A model generated the notes under the pieces. It made no database searches. It worked only from the letters and a program-made list of their open reading frames with translations, and was not told the DNA's origin. 38,314 nt of DNA from a virus: IMG/VR virus record IMGVR_UViG_3300042400_000292. One strand, 5' to 3'. Every line of letters starts with the position of its first letter. Position 1 is the stretch's first letter. The position numbers and the translations under genes were made by a program. This document shows positions 15,232-22,486 of the stretch, in pieces.

Positions 15232-16529
15232 AATTTTTTATATTTTTCCATAATATTACGTTGTCTCAATGTTTGTTCTTTTGTTGGAGCAAATCCCATG
15301 TATTTACAGGTATGGTCATTTTTTAAAATAGTAATTGCAAATCGTTTCCATGACGCAATTTCACTATTATTATTTCTTATATCATCAGTATGGTCTGGGT
15401 ATTTTTTAATTATCACTCTAATTTTGTCTTTTCTTCCATGAGGAGTTAATCCGTTTTCTTTTATCTTTATACGGTTACTTTCTCTTAGTTGTTTTAAAGT
15501 GCTGTCTGATACGGTTTGCCCAACTCTACCCCAGTATTTTATAGACTGAACAAACCGCATTTTAAAATTTATAGAAACTTCCTCCGGTAAAGTTGCTAAT
15601 AAAAATTTAACAAATGATTTCCATGTATGGCCTTCTGGAAGTTTAAAAGTATTGTAATTAAGTTGTTTTCCATAAGTTGCTATAAAATTAGCACCTTGTA
15701 CTCTGGCACATAATTTAGCCCATGTATGAGGATCAATAACTCGATACAAGCCTAAACTAGATTTAGACTCAGACATAAATGGAGACGCAACCCTCATTCT
15801 ATGAACTGGAATACCTGCTTTATAAAAAATATCGTAAAGTTTGTTGTAATCCCAATCATATATATAATTAGCCGTCCAAACATCTTCTGTTCTCCAATCA
15901 TAAATGGGGTAACAATTATAAGAATGTTCAGTATTCTTTTTTGTCCACATTTGACCGCCTAATGTTTCCTTGCGTTGATTCATAATTGCTCTAAACCTGT
16001 TTAAACTTTCAACAGTTCTAATTCCAATTAAATTTGCGCAAGTTTTGCCTTGTGAATACCATTCTGAAAATCCATCCCAGAATTTATCGTATGGCATATC
16101 TTCTTCAAAAAATGGAAAATTATGATTTTCAAAATTAACAATGTAATCTTGTTTTGGCATAGGACGTATCCATCTTTCTTTATCTCTATTACCCCAGCAT
16201 TGCCATTCAACTGCATACGAACTTATTGTGCAAGGAAGCGTTATTGGCAAACAACACCAATAAATTTCAAGCAAATCTCTATTTGAATCAAGTATTCTGT
16301 GCATAAACTCTACAGACAATTCATAATTTGCTTCATTGTCTAAAATTTGAATACCTATTTTTTTTGTTATTCCTTTTTCCCTCATATATTTCAAAACAAA
16401 ATTAAGCATTACTCCAGAATCTTTGCCACCTGAAAATGAAATATATATTCTTTCAAAATTATTAAATATAAAATCTAATCTTTCTACGCCTGCATCCCAA
16501 ACATTCTTATTTCTGTTATAAGTTCTCAT
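15228..16529 (-). CDS. PAPS-reductase-like PP-loop enzyme with a DUF3440-type C-terminal extension, IbrA-like (433 aa)
   Basis: PP-loop ISFSGGKDSGVML. About 430 aa long with a large C-terminal extension ending WKRFAITILKNDH. Start set at the ATGA overlap with the YqaJ stop (16526-16529). Confidence 0.85.
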   Translation of the reverse strand: MRTYNRNKNVWDAGVERLDFIFNNFERIYISFSGGKDSGVMLNFVLKYMREKGITKKIGIQILDNEANYELSVEFMHRILDSNRDLLEIYWCCLPITLPCTISSYAVEWQCWGNRDKERWIRPMPKQDYIVNFENHNFPFFEEDMPYDKFWDGFSEWYSQGKTCANLIGIRTVESLNRFRAIMNQRKETLGGQMWTKKNTEHSYNCYPIYDWRTEDVWTANYIYDWDYNKLYDIFYKAGIPVHRMRVASPFMSESKSSLGLYRVIDPHTWAKLCARVQGANFIATYGKQLNYNTFKLPEGHTWKSFVKFLLATLPEEVSINFKMRFVQSIKYWGRVGQTVSDSTLKQLRESNRIKIKENGLTPHGRKDKIRVIIKKYPDHTDDIRNNNSEIASWKRFAITILKNDHTCKYMGFAPTKEQTLRQRNIMEKYKKL

Positions 16530-17389
16530 GTCAATCTCCAATAACTACTAGGAGCAGACTGGTATTTAGTTAGGTCTGCATCAGGCATTAGCTCTTTTAT
16601 GGCTTTAGCGTAGGATATAGCGCCTTCACGGTGTACTTGTGTTAGTTTGTGACCATTAATTTCACTATCCTTACCATCTGCTAACTTAACTATTTCATCC
16701 AACAATCTTTTCTTTTCTGCTTCAAGCTCTTTTATTTGCTCTGCTAACATTAAATAGCGATCAACTTGTCCTTCGCACCTAACTTGTTGGCGTTTTTCTT
16801 CAAGATACTTTTTTGCCTGCGGTAGTTCACGCTCAACAAGATATTCATTGTAGAAGTCTTTTAATTTTGGTAAATATTCTTCAATAGCTAATGGATTAAA
16901 TTGCACTGTTTCAAGCATGTAACCGTGTGCAGACCATTGGTAAAAATGACACCATTGGCGACCAGTAACAAATAATTGGATTTGTATCTGTAACCAGTAA
17001 TGCGTTTGGTAGTCTATGCTTTTAAATTCTGGTGGGTTCTTGTCACGCAACCCATATGGGCATTTAATCTCTATCAATAAATTGTCCCCAATCAAACCGT
17101 CTGGTGATGCTCCAAGCCAATCTTCAAAAGTATGAAAACCAGTTTCTACGACTTTTGTATTAAACTTCAATTCGTAATCAGCTAAAGCATTGGGTTCGTT
17201 ATACGTTCCATAGCTAGTCGCAACATTACCGGTAAACTCACTTGGGTAGCCATGATATTGACGCACCATATTACGCATAACATCTTCTGGCTTCATGAAT
17301 GGTGAAAATCCTAGAATTGCACCGACATTACTTCCAGTTACACGACCATTTCTTTTTTTAAACCATTCTTCTGTACGTTGTTGTTCCAT
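16526..17389 (-). CDS. YqaJ-type (lambda-Exo-like) recombination exonuclease with a coiled-coil tail (287 aa)
   Basis: EEWFKKRNGRVTGSNVGAILG, then the PD-(D/E)xK core ASPDGLIGDNLLIEIKCP. The C-terminal ~90 aa are coiled-coil-like. Confidence 0.85.
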   Translation of the reverse strand: MEQQRTEEWFKKRNGRVTGSNVGAILGFSPFMKPEDVMRNMVRQYHGYPSEFTGNVATSYGTYNEPNALADYELKFNTKVVETGFHTFEDWLGASPDGLIGDNLLIEIKCPYGLRDKNPPEFKSIDYQTHYWLQIQIQLFVTGRQWCHFYQWSAHGYMLETVQFNPLAIEEYLPKLKDFYNEYLVERELPQAKKYLEEKRQQVRCEGQVDRYLMLAEQIKELEAEKKRLLDEIVKLADGKDSEINGHKLTQVHREGAISYAKAIKELMPDADLTKYQSAPSSYWRLT

Positions 17390-17400
17390 AAATAATATCC

Positions 17401-17718
17401 TTATATTTTATTAACAATAGCCAACAACATGGCGTTATTTTCAAAATTCTTAACTCCAAGTAATAAATTTGCGATTGCCTTAATATCTTCTTGAGCTGTT
17501 GAAAGATGTCTTTTTGAAGGTCTGCCAATTTGCAATCCAGTTACTTCTTTAATGTGCTGGATATTTGATATAGTAATTTCATAATCAAATATTAATTCCA
17601 TTGATTCAGCAATAGACTTGTATTCAACATTTCTGTACAACTCAATATCTGCTTCTATTTTTTTTGAAATTTCCCAAACTTGTTTTTGAGTCAATCTGTT
17701 TACATTTTTTTCAGTCAT
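17401..17718 (-). CDS. Hypothetical protein (105 aa)
   Basis: Track ORF, preceded by the conserved intergenic cassette. No motif recognised. Confidence 0.65.
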   Translation of the reverse strand: MTEKNVNRLTQKQVWEISKKIEADIELYRNVEYKSIAESMELIFDYEITISNIQHIKEVTGLQIGRPSKRHLSTAQEDIKAIANLLLGVKNFENNAMLLAIVNKI

Positions 17719-17726
17719 TTTATTTA

Positions 17727-17763
17727 CTCTTATAGTTGTAGTTAGAAATGCACATCCATGTGC
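17727..17763 (-). promoter_or_regulatory. Conserved intergenic cassette, copy 2 (hairpin plus AACTACAACTATAAGAG)
   Basis: The minus strand reads GCACATGGATGTGC-ATTTCT-AACTACAACTATAAGAG-N8-ATG. It shares TATAGTTGTAGTTA and flanking bases with 11241-11282. Confidence 0.4.
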
Positions 17764-17772
17764 GTTTGTTAT

Positions 17773-18282
17773 TTACCAGGGGATTGAATCAATATCAACA
17801 ATGCTTGGCTCTGCTGACTTTTCTTCTTTAACTTGTGTAGCACCTTTGCGTGGAGCTACAGAAGCCACCCAATTACCAGTTTTACCTTCTAAATCCCATA
17901 CCATTACTTTTATCAACATTGGTTTATGCAGTAATGCTTTAGCCATTGCCGTGTCATTTGGGGATTCATCAGACTGTGCTAACTTACCACCGCAGTTTGC
18001 ATCAATAGCTGCCAACATCTTTTTAGCTTTATCTGCTTTTTTAGAGTCAACATCAAATACACGCACTTTTTGAAATATCTTGCGTCCTTTGTAAATAGCA
18101 GGTTCAGCTATTACCCATCGCAGACTGATGTATTCATCACCTTGATATTCAGCTAATCCAGCCTCGTCAATCATAGCCAAACAAGTTGTATTGTCTGGTA
18201 TGTTTTCAATCATGCCACCAGAGGTGAATTCACCATTTGTTGTAATTTCTTGGTTGTCGCTTGTTGTCCAAAAGTTACTCAT
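17773..18282 (-). CDS. Putative ssDNA-binding protein (DUF669-like) with an SSB-like C-terminal tip (169 aa)
   Basis: Lies in the Sak4 recombination module. The C-terminus EEKSAEPSIVDIDSIPW resembles the acidic D-D-D-I-P-F tip of bacterial SSB. Confidence 0.55.
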   Translation of the reverse strand: MSNFWTTSDNQEITTNGEFTSGGMIENIPDNTTCLAMIDEAGLAEYQGDEYISLRWVIAEPAIYKGRKIFQKVRVFDVDSKKADKAKKMLAAIDANCGGKLAQSDESPNDTAMAKALLHKPMLIKVMVWDLEGKTGNWVASVAPRKGATQVKEEKSAEPSIVDIDSIPW

Positions 18283-18297
18283 TTTTTTATTCCTAAG

Positions 18298-18975
18298 TTA
18301 TGTTGTAAATTTATTGCCTTTTGATAAATTATCAGAAGCTGTTAAATATTGAAGATTGTTAATAACATGGAGTCCACATACTAATTCTCCTTTAATTGGA
18401 ATGATATGATCAACATGCATTCCTTTCGGACAATTTTTATATATTTCTTTTATCTCATTTAAATCAGCCCACAAAGGAGTTGCATTTAATTTTTGCATTT
18501 GTCTTAATCTGCATCTATGCAACCCTTTTTTTGGGTTTTGTTTTTGATATTTACTGTTATTTCTTCTAATATCATTTATGTTATTTTTTCTATATTCTTT
18601 GTAATAAAGACTTCTTTTATCTTTATTTTTTTCATGCCATTCTAGTTTTTTTTCTTTACCGCCATTTAAGTAATATTTCTTTTGTATTTCAGTTCTTTTT
18701 TCTGGATTGTTTTGTTGCCAAATCTTAGATAATTGCAAAGCATGATCTTTATTTTTCTCATACCATGCTTTGCTTTTAGCATTTAATCTTTCAGTATTTT
18801 TTTTATAATATTGAGCTTTTTTTTCAGTAATAGCTTCAATGTTATCTAATCTATACTTATTAACTTTTTCTTTAACACAATCAGCGCAAACGTTGTTATA
18901 ACCATCTTTATTGCTTTTAGCTTTATAAAATAAATCTAAATGCTTTTCTATATTACATTTTTTACAAGTTTTCAT
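18298..18975 (-). CDS. Free-standing HNH endonuclease (225 aa)
   Basis: N-terminal CKKC...CADC, a K/N/Y-rich helical repeat region, and a C-terminal HNH core HVDHIIPI...NLQYLTASDNLSKGN. Very AT-rich and bounded by its own intergenic spacers. Confidence 0.8.
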   Translation of the reverse strand: MKTCKKCNIEKHLDLFYKAKSNKDGYNNVCADCVKEKVNKYRLDNIEAITEKKAQYYKKNTERLNAKSKAWYEKNKDHALQLSKIWQQNNPEKRTEIQKKYYLNGGKEKKLEWHEKNKDKRSLYYKEYRKNNINDIRRNNSKYQKQNPKKGLHRCRLRQMQKLNATPLWADLNEIKEIYKNCPKGMHVDHIIPIKGELVCGLHVINNLQYLTASDNLSKGNKFTT

Positions 18976-19028
18976 TTTAAAAAATCCATAAAGATAAAAA
19001 TAAATTATAACACGTTTATCTTTTTGGG

Positions 19029-19787
19029 TTATTTATTTATAGAAGGTATTAACTCAATTAAAGGATTGATACCTTTTTGTACAATCAAATCTTTTTCAAT
19101 TCCAAAACGGTTTTTAGATATATTTGCTGCTGTTGCATAAGAAACTAATATTCTTGTTCCATCAGATAATGCTTTTTTGCGTTCTCCATCACCAAAGGTA
19201 TGAGTTTCTAGTTTTAGGTAAGCCACCATATCGACATTATCTATAAAATGGCTAACAGACTTCTTCTGCATACGGATGTTGTATCTTGTATAAGGATCTT
19301 GGTCTGGCAACTCTATTGTTTCTGTTTCACTATGTGCAATAAATACTATATTCATAGCCTTGACTTCATTAAGTATGCCAGCAGCTTTACGAACCCTGCC
19401 ATGCAAACTTGATAACGCTTGGAAGCCAGCACCATAACCTCCAAGTGCTTGGGCAATCGTTCTGGGCTTTTTAGGATCAGTATCAACAATGTGATTTGTG
19501 AACAAATTATCAAGCTGAGTGACGCTATCAATAACCAATGTTTTATAATCATGATCTTCCTTGATTAATGCAGTTAGTTGTTCCCACAACATATCTACAT
19601 TTGATAATAATGGAAAAGCATCAGGTCTTGTTGCTGTTGGTATGGCTTGCAAACCATCTTCTGCACGAATAAAGATTGGTTTTGGAAAGGTGGCAGCTAA
19701 ACTGGTTTTACCCAATCCTGCATCACCTGTTATAGTGCAAATGATCGAACGATCATCTGGTTTAGCAATAGAGCTTAGTATGCTCAT
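19029..19787 (-). CDS. Sak4-like RecA-fold ATPase / single-strand annealing protein (AAA_24-type, 252 aa)
   Basis: Walker A ITGDAGLGKTSLA and Walker B-like TLVIDSV. First gene of the leftward arm, with SD AAGGAG. Confidence 0.8.
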   Translation of the reverse strand: MSILSSIAKPDDRSIICTITGDAGLGKTSLAATFPKPIFIRAEDGLQAIPTATRPDAFPLLSNVDMLWEQLTALIKEDHDYKTLVIDSVTQLDNLFTNHIVDTDPKKPRTIAQALGGYGAGFQALSSLHGRVRKAAGILNEVKAMNIVFIAHSETETIELPDQDPYTRYNIRMQKKSVSHFIDNVDMVAYLKLETHTFGDGERKKALSDGTRILVSYATAANISKNRFGIEKDLIVQKGINPLIELIPSINK

Positions 19788-19827
19788 GGTATTTCTCCTT
19801 TGTTAAAAATCTTTTTCTCTAATTCCG

Positions 19828-19856
19828 TTGCACATTTTACTTAAATAATTTAGAAT
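19828..19856 (+). promoter_or_regulatory. Sigma70-like promoter for the rightward arm
   Basis: TTGCAC (19828-19833), 17-nt spacer, TAGAAT (19851-19856), about 45 nt upstream of ATG 19902. Confidence 0.45.
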
Positions 19857-19861
19857 TGCAA
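19834..19861 (-). promoter_or_regulatory. Sigma70-like promoter for the leftward arm, interlocked with the rightward one
   Basis: The minus strand reads TTGCAA (19861-19856), 16-nt spacer, TAAAAT (19839-19834), about 45 nt upstream of ATG 19787. Confidence 0.45.
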
Positions 19862-19901
19862 CACCTAAAACAAAATAATTTTTAACAAAGGGAAAAAAAT
19901 A

Positions 19902-20072
19902 ATGTTCACACCAGAAGAAATCATAAAAAAACTGCAACCTTTAAACTTAACTTATCTATCAAAGAATACTGGCATTAAATATAATGTATTGTGGAAGTTT
20001 GCCAATAATAAATTGAAGATTATTCCTTATGATTTAATTAAAAGACTGAGTGACTATTTCAATGTTGCCTGA
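19902..20072 (+). CDS. Small HTH-like protein (56 aa), first gene of the rightward arm
   Basis: Below the track cutoff. SD AAGGGA. LTYLSKNTGIKYNVLWKFANN looks like an HTH. Overlaps the primase start by 11 nt. Confidence 0.5.
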   Translation: MFTPEEIIKKLQPLNLTYLSKNTGIKYNVLWKFANNKLKIIPYDLIKRLSDYFNVA

Positions 20073-21939
20073 GTTATGTGATGCAATTAGAGCAGTTGGT
20101 TATGAACCTCCTCCTAATATAGCAGTTGGTAAGGTAACAAGATTCTCCACCAACGGTAAGCGCAACGATAGGTCAGGTTGGGTTCATGTATTTGATGATG
20201 CTCGTGGTGCTGTATTTGGTTGTTGGCGTAGTGGAGAGCAACACCAATGGCATGAGAAACGTGATTATGTTCCAGACATACATGAGCAGGAAGCCATGCG
20301 TCAGCAGTTTGAAGAAGCTAAACGTAAAGCAATAGCTGAACGTGATGCTGCTTATTCTATAGCTGCAAAGGAGGCGCAGGTATTATTTGATAATGCAGTT
20401 CAAGTAGTAAGCCATGATTATCTTACTAACAAGGGCATACGTCCAAATATGGCTCGTATGTTTGGCGGAAAACTTATTATTCCTGTATATGGTGCAGACG
20501 GAGAAATTCAGTCCGTACAATCAATATTTAGTGATGGTGCTAAAAGGTTTCATTCTGGCGGTAAGATGGCTGGAGGTCATTGCTGGATAGGAGATCCGAT
20601 TGCATCTGAAACTTTATTAATAGCAGAAGGATTTGCAACTGCGGATAGTTTACACCAAGCCACCAATCTTGCTGTCTGTATAGCATTTAACGCTGGAAAT
20701 CTTAAGCCAGTAACACAAATGATTGCAAGCCGGTACATTGGCAAGAAAATAGTTATTTGTGCAGACAATGATAGTTCTGGTATTGGCATGAGTAAAGCAA
20801 AAGAATGTGGCGTTGATATTGTATTACCTTCAATAGATGGTGATTTCAACGACATGATGTCAGAAAAAGGTATTGATGCAGTTCGTGACATTGTATTTGG
20901 AAAAGTAAAGCAGGAAGGTTTGTTTATCACCATTGAAGATATGATGGCAAGCATCAAGAAGCCTAATTGGTTAATTAAGGGCATACTTGAACGTGGATCA
21001 ATGAATCTTCTTTTTGGTGAGTCAGGTGCAGGTAAAAGTTTATTTGCTATGGATTGGGCTTTTTGTGCTGCTACAGGTAGAAACTGGCATGGTCATAAGA
21101 TAAAAGAAGAATTAAAAACTTTAATCATTATGGGTGAAGGTTTGCGTGGTGCTTCAATGCGTTTCAAAGCATTATCACAAAAATATGGAGAACCACCAAA
21201 AAATATACGATTAAGCAGACGCTCTATTAATTTATTAGATAGTAAAGAAGCTGATGAAATATTAAAAATAGTAGCAGAGTTAGATTTTAAACCTGATATT
21301 ATTATTATTGATACGTTGCACAGAAACATGGTTGGCGATGAAAACAGCTCTGAAGATATGGCATTGTATTTTAAGTCTATAGAATTACTTGCCAGACGTT
21401 TAGATGCTGCAATTGTAACAGTTCACCATAGTGGACATGGCGATAAAGGAAGATCAAGAGGATCATCATCTATTAAAGCTGCAATGGACGCAGAGTTTTG
21501 TGTCACCAAGAATGGTGATGGCATTACTTTTAGTTGCACCAAGTCAAAAGACTTTGGATTTGGTACTGATATGAGTTTTATTATTAAAGAAGTAGAATTA
21601 GAAGGAGATGTTTTTTATGACGCTGATGATGATAAGCAGATAACCAGTGTTTATTTAGAGTATCAAGGTGTTGCTAAGAAGGAAAAAGAATTAACAAAAA
21701 ATCAACAGAAAACTATTGATGCTTTGGTTGAGTCATTAGAGGCTCATGGTAAAAAAGACTGTGTTATGGATGAAAAAGGTATATACCATACCACTGTAAC
21801 TTTTAATGAGTGGTATATGTTTGTTAAGGACGCTTTTAAGGGAGCTGATAACGTATCAAAAGATTTTGCACGTTGCAGAGAATCTCTTTTAAAACAAAAA
21901 CTTATAGGAAATAACGGGGATTTTTGGTGGTATGTTTAG
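20062..21939 (+). CDS. Bifunctional toprim primase / RecA-fold (AAA_25, RepA/DnaB-like) helicase (625 aa)
   Basis: Toprim LLIAEGFATADS and VICADNDSSG. Walker A LLFGESGAGKS and Walker B DIIIIDTLHR. Start placed at ATG 20062 (the track uses GTG 20050). Confidence 0.85.
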   Translation: MLPELCDAIRAVGYEPPPNIAVGKVTRFSTNGKRNDRSGWVHVFDDARGAVFGCWRSGEQHQWHEKRDYVPDIHEQEAMRQQFEEAKRKAIAERDAAYSIAAKEAQVLFDNAVQVVSHDYLTNKGIRPNMARMFGGKLIIPVYGADGEIQSVQSIFSDGAKRFHSGGKMAGGHCWIGDPIASETLLIAEGFATADSLHQATNLAVCIAFNAGNLKPVTQMIASRYIGKKIVICADNDSSGIGMSKAKECGVDIVLPSIDGDFNDMMSEKGIDAVRDIVFGKVKQEGLFITIEDMMASIKKPNWLIKGILERGSMNLLFGESGAGKSLFAMDWAFCAATGRNWHGHKIKEELKTLIIMGEGLRGASMRFKALSQKYGEPPKNIRLSRRSINLLDSKEADEILKIVAELDFKPDIIIIDTLHRNMVGDENSSEDMALYFKSIELLARRLDAAIVTVHHSGHGDKGRSRGSSSIKAAMDAEFCVTKNGDGITFSCTKSKDFGFGTDMSFIIKEVELEGDVFYDADDDKQITSVYLEYQGVAKKEKELTKNQQKTIDALVESLEAHGKKDCVMDEKGIYHTTVTFNEWYMFVKDAFKGADNVSKDFARCRESLLKQKLIGNNGDFWWYV

Positions 21940-21941
21940 AA

Positions 21942-22054
21942 ATATACCTACCGCTAAATACCTATGGTATATGACAGGTATATGATTGAGTCTAAAAATA
22001 TACCTACCATACCCCCCCCCTATAGGGGGGGTATGTGGTATATGACTGGTATAT
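21942..22054. repeat. Iteron-like repeat block with a G/C hairpin (candidate origin or packaging site)
   Basis: ATATACCTACC occurs twice (21942, 21998). TGGTATATGAC[A/T]GGTATAT occurs twice (21965, 22036). An 11-bp stem CATACCCCCCC/GGGGGGGTATG spans 22008-22035. Confidence 0.6.
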
Positions 22055-22061
22055 TATTTTT

Positions 22062-22196
22062 ATGGAAGAAATATTAGAGTTTATAAAAGAGCTTGAAGAA
22101 GTTTTTACAGTACAAGCAAAAGCAATTAAGATTAATGACAAGGTGGTGTTACATGATGGTAGATTTCAACAAGAAAGAGATGGACTTAAATTATGA
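22062..22196 (+). CDS. Small ORF (44 aa)
   Basis: Below the track cutoff. MEEILEFIKELEEVFTVQAKAIKINDKVVLHDGRFQQERDGLKL. Its stop overlaps a downstream ATG (ATGA). Confidence 0.35.
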   Translation: MEEILEFIKELEEVFTVQAKAIKINDKVVLHDGRFQQERDGLKL

Positions 22197-22294
22197 AAAA
22201 AGATTACGTTGTATCGTGGTATTTGTTGCCGTTTGTATTGGTGGTATATTTTTTTATATTGTTGGTGGGCATTGTTAGGTTGGTGTTTAGATGA
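22193..22294 (+). CDS. Small hydrophobic ORF (33 aa); an alternative frame, 22153..22278, is equally possible
   Basis: MKKDYVVSWYLLPFVLVVYFFILLVGIVRLVFR has one TM segment. The T-rich DNA gives hydrophobic peptides in two frames, so the true frame is unresolved. Confidence 0.25.
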   Translation: MKKDYVVSWYLLPFVLVVYFFILLVGIVRLVFR

Positions 22295-22333
22295 TTGCGG
22301 TTTTATACGGATTATATTTAATAATGAGAAGAA

Positions 22334-22474
22334 ATGATGGATGATACTGAATATTTCTATTATATGGCGGACAAGATTAACAGGATGCATGTAGAAAAAG
22401 AATTAAATGAATTTCTTGAGTTAGTTAAAACAATGGTTAGAATTAAAGCATTTGTTACTGTTATGCGTTTATAA
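22334..22474 (+). CDS. Small ORF (46 aa)
   Basis: Below the track cutoff. MMDDTEYFYYMADKINRMHVEKELNEFLELVKTMVRIKAFVTVMRL. Confidence 0.35.
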   Translation: MMDDTEYFYYMADKINRMHVEKELNEFLELVKTMVRIKAFVTVMRL

Positions 22475-22477
22475 AAA

Positions 22478-22486
22478 TGTTATAAT
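22478..22486 (+). promoter_or_regulatory. Extended -10 element (TGtTATAAT)
   Basis: TG at 22478-22479 and TATAAT at 22481-22486, about 95 nt upstream of the AP2-HNH ATG. The -35 is weak. Confidence 0.3.

Noticed and set aside
17727-17744. AACTACAACTATAAGAG as a T7/SP6-type single-subunit RNAP promoter (resembles ..CACTATAGAAGAG)
   Set aside because: No phage RNA polymerase gene exists in the genome, and only two copies occur. It is kept as a generic regulatory cassette instead.
20577-20984. 135-aa minus-strand ORF; likewise 21093..21329, 19352..19552, 19561..19806, 18940..19140, 17801..18073 and 16028..16216
   Set aside because: They lie inside, and antisense or out of frame to, motif-supported genes (primase-helicase, Sak4, HNH, SSB-like, IbrA-like).
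22008-22035. G/C hairpin as a tRNA fragment or as the terminator of the primase gene
   Set aside because: It is a single stem-loop with no cloverleaf potential and no downstream T-run. It is embedded in iteron-like repeats.
22093-22278. Track ORF of 61 aa from a TTG start, and minus-strand ORF 22166..22390
   Set aside because: The TTG-extended N-terminus is unsupported. The internal ATG version (22153..22278) competes with 22193..22294 in a T-rich stretch where two frames look membrane-like, so the frame is left unresolved. The minus-strand ORF is implausible in a plus-strand block.
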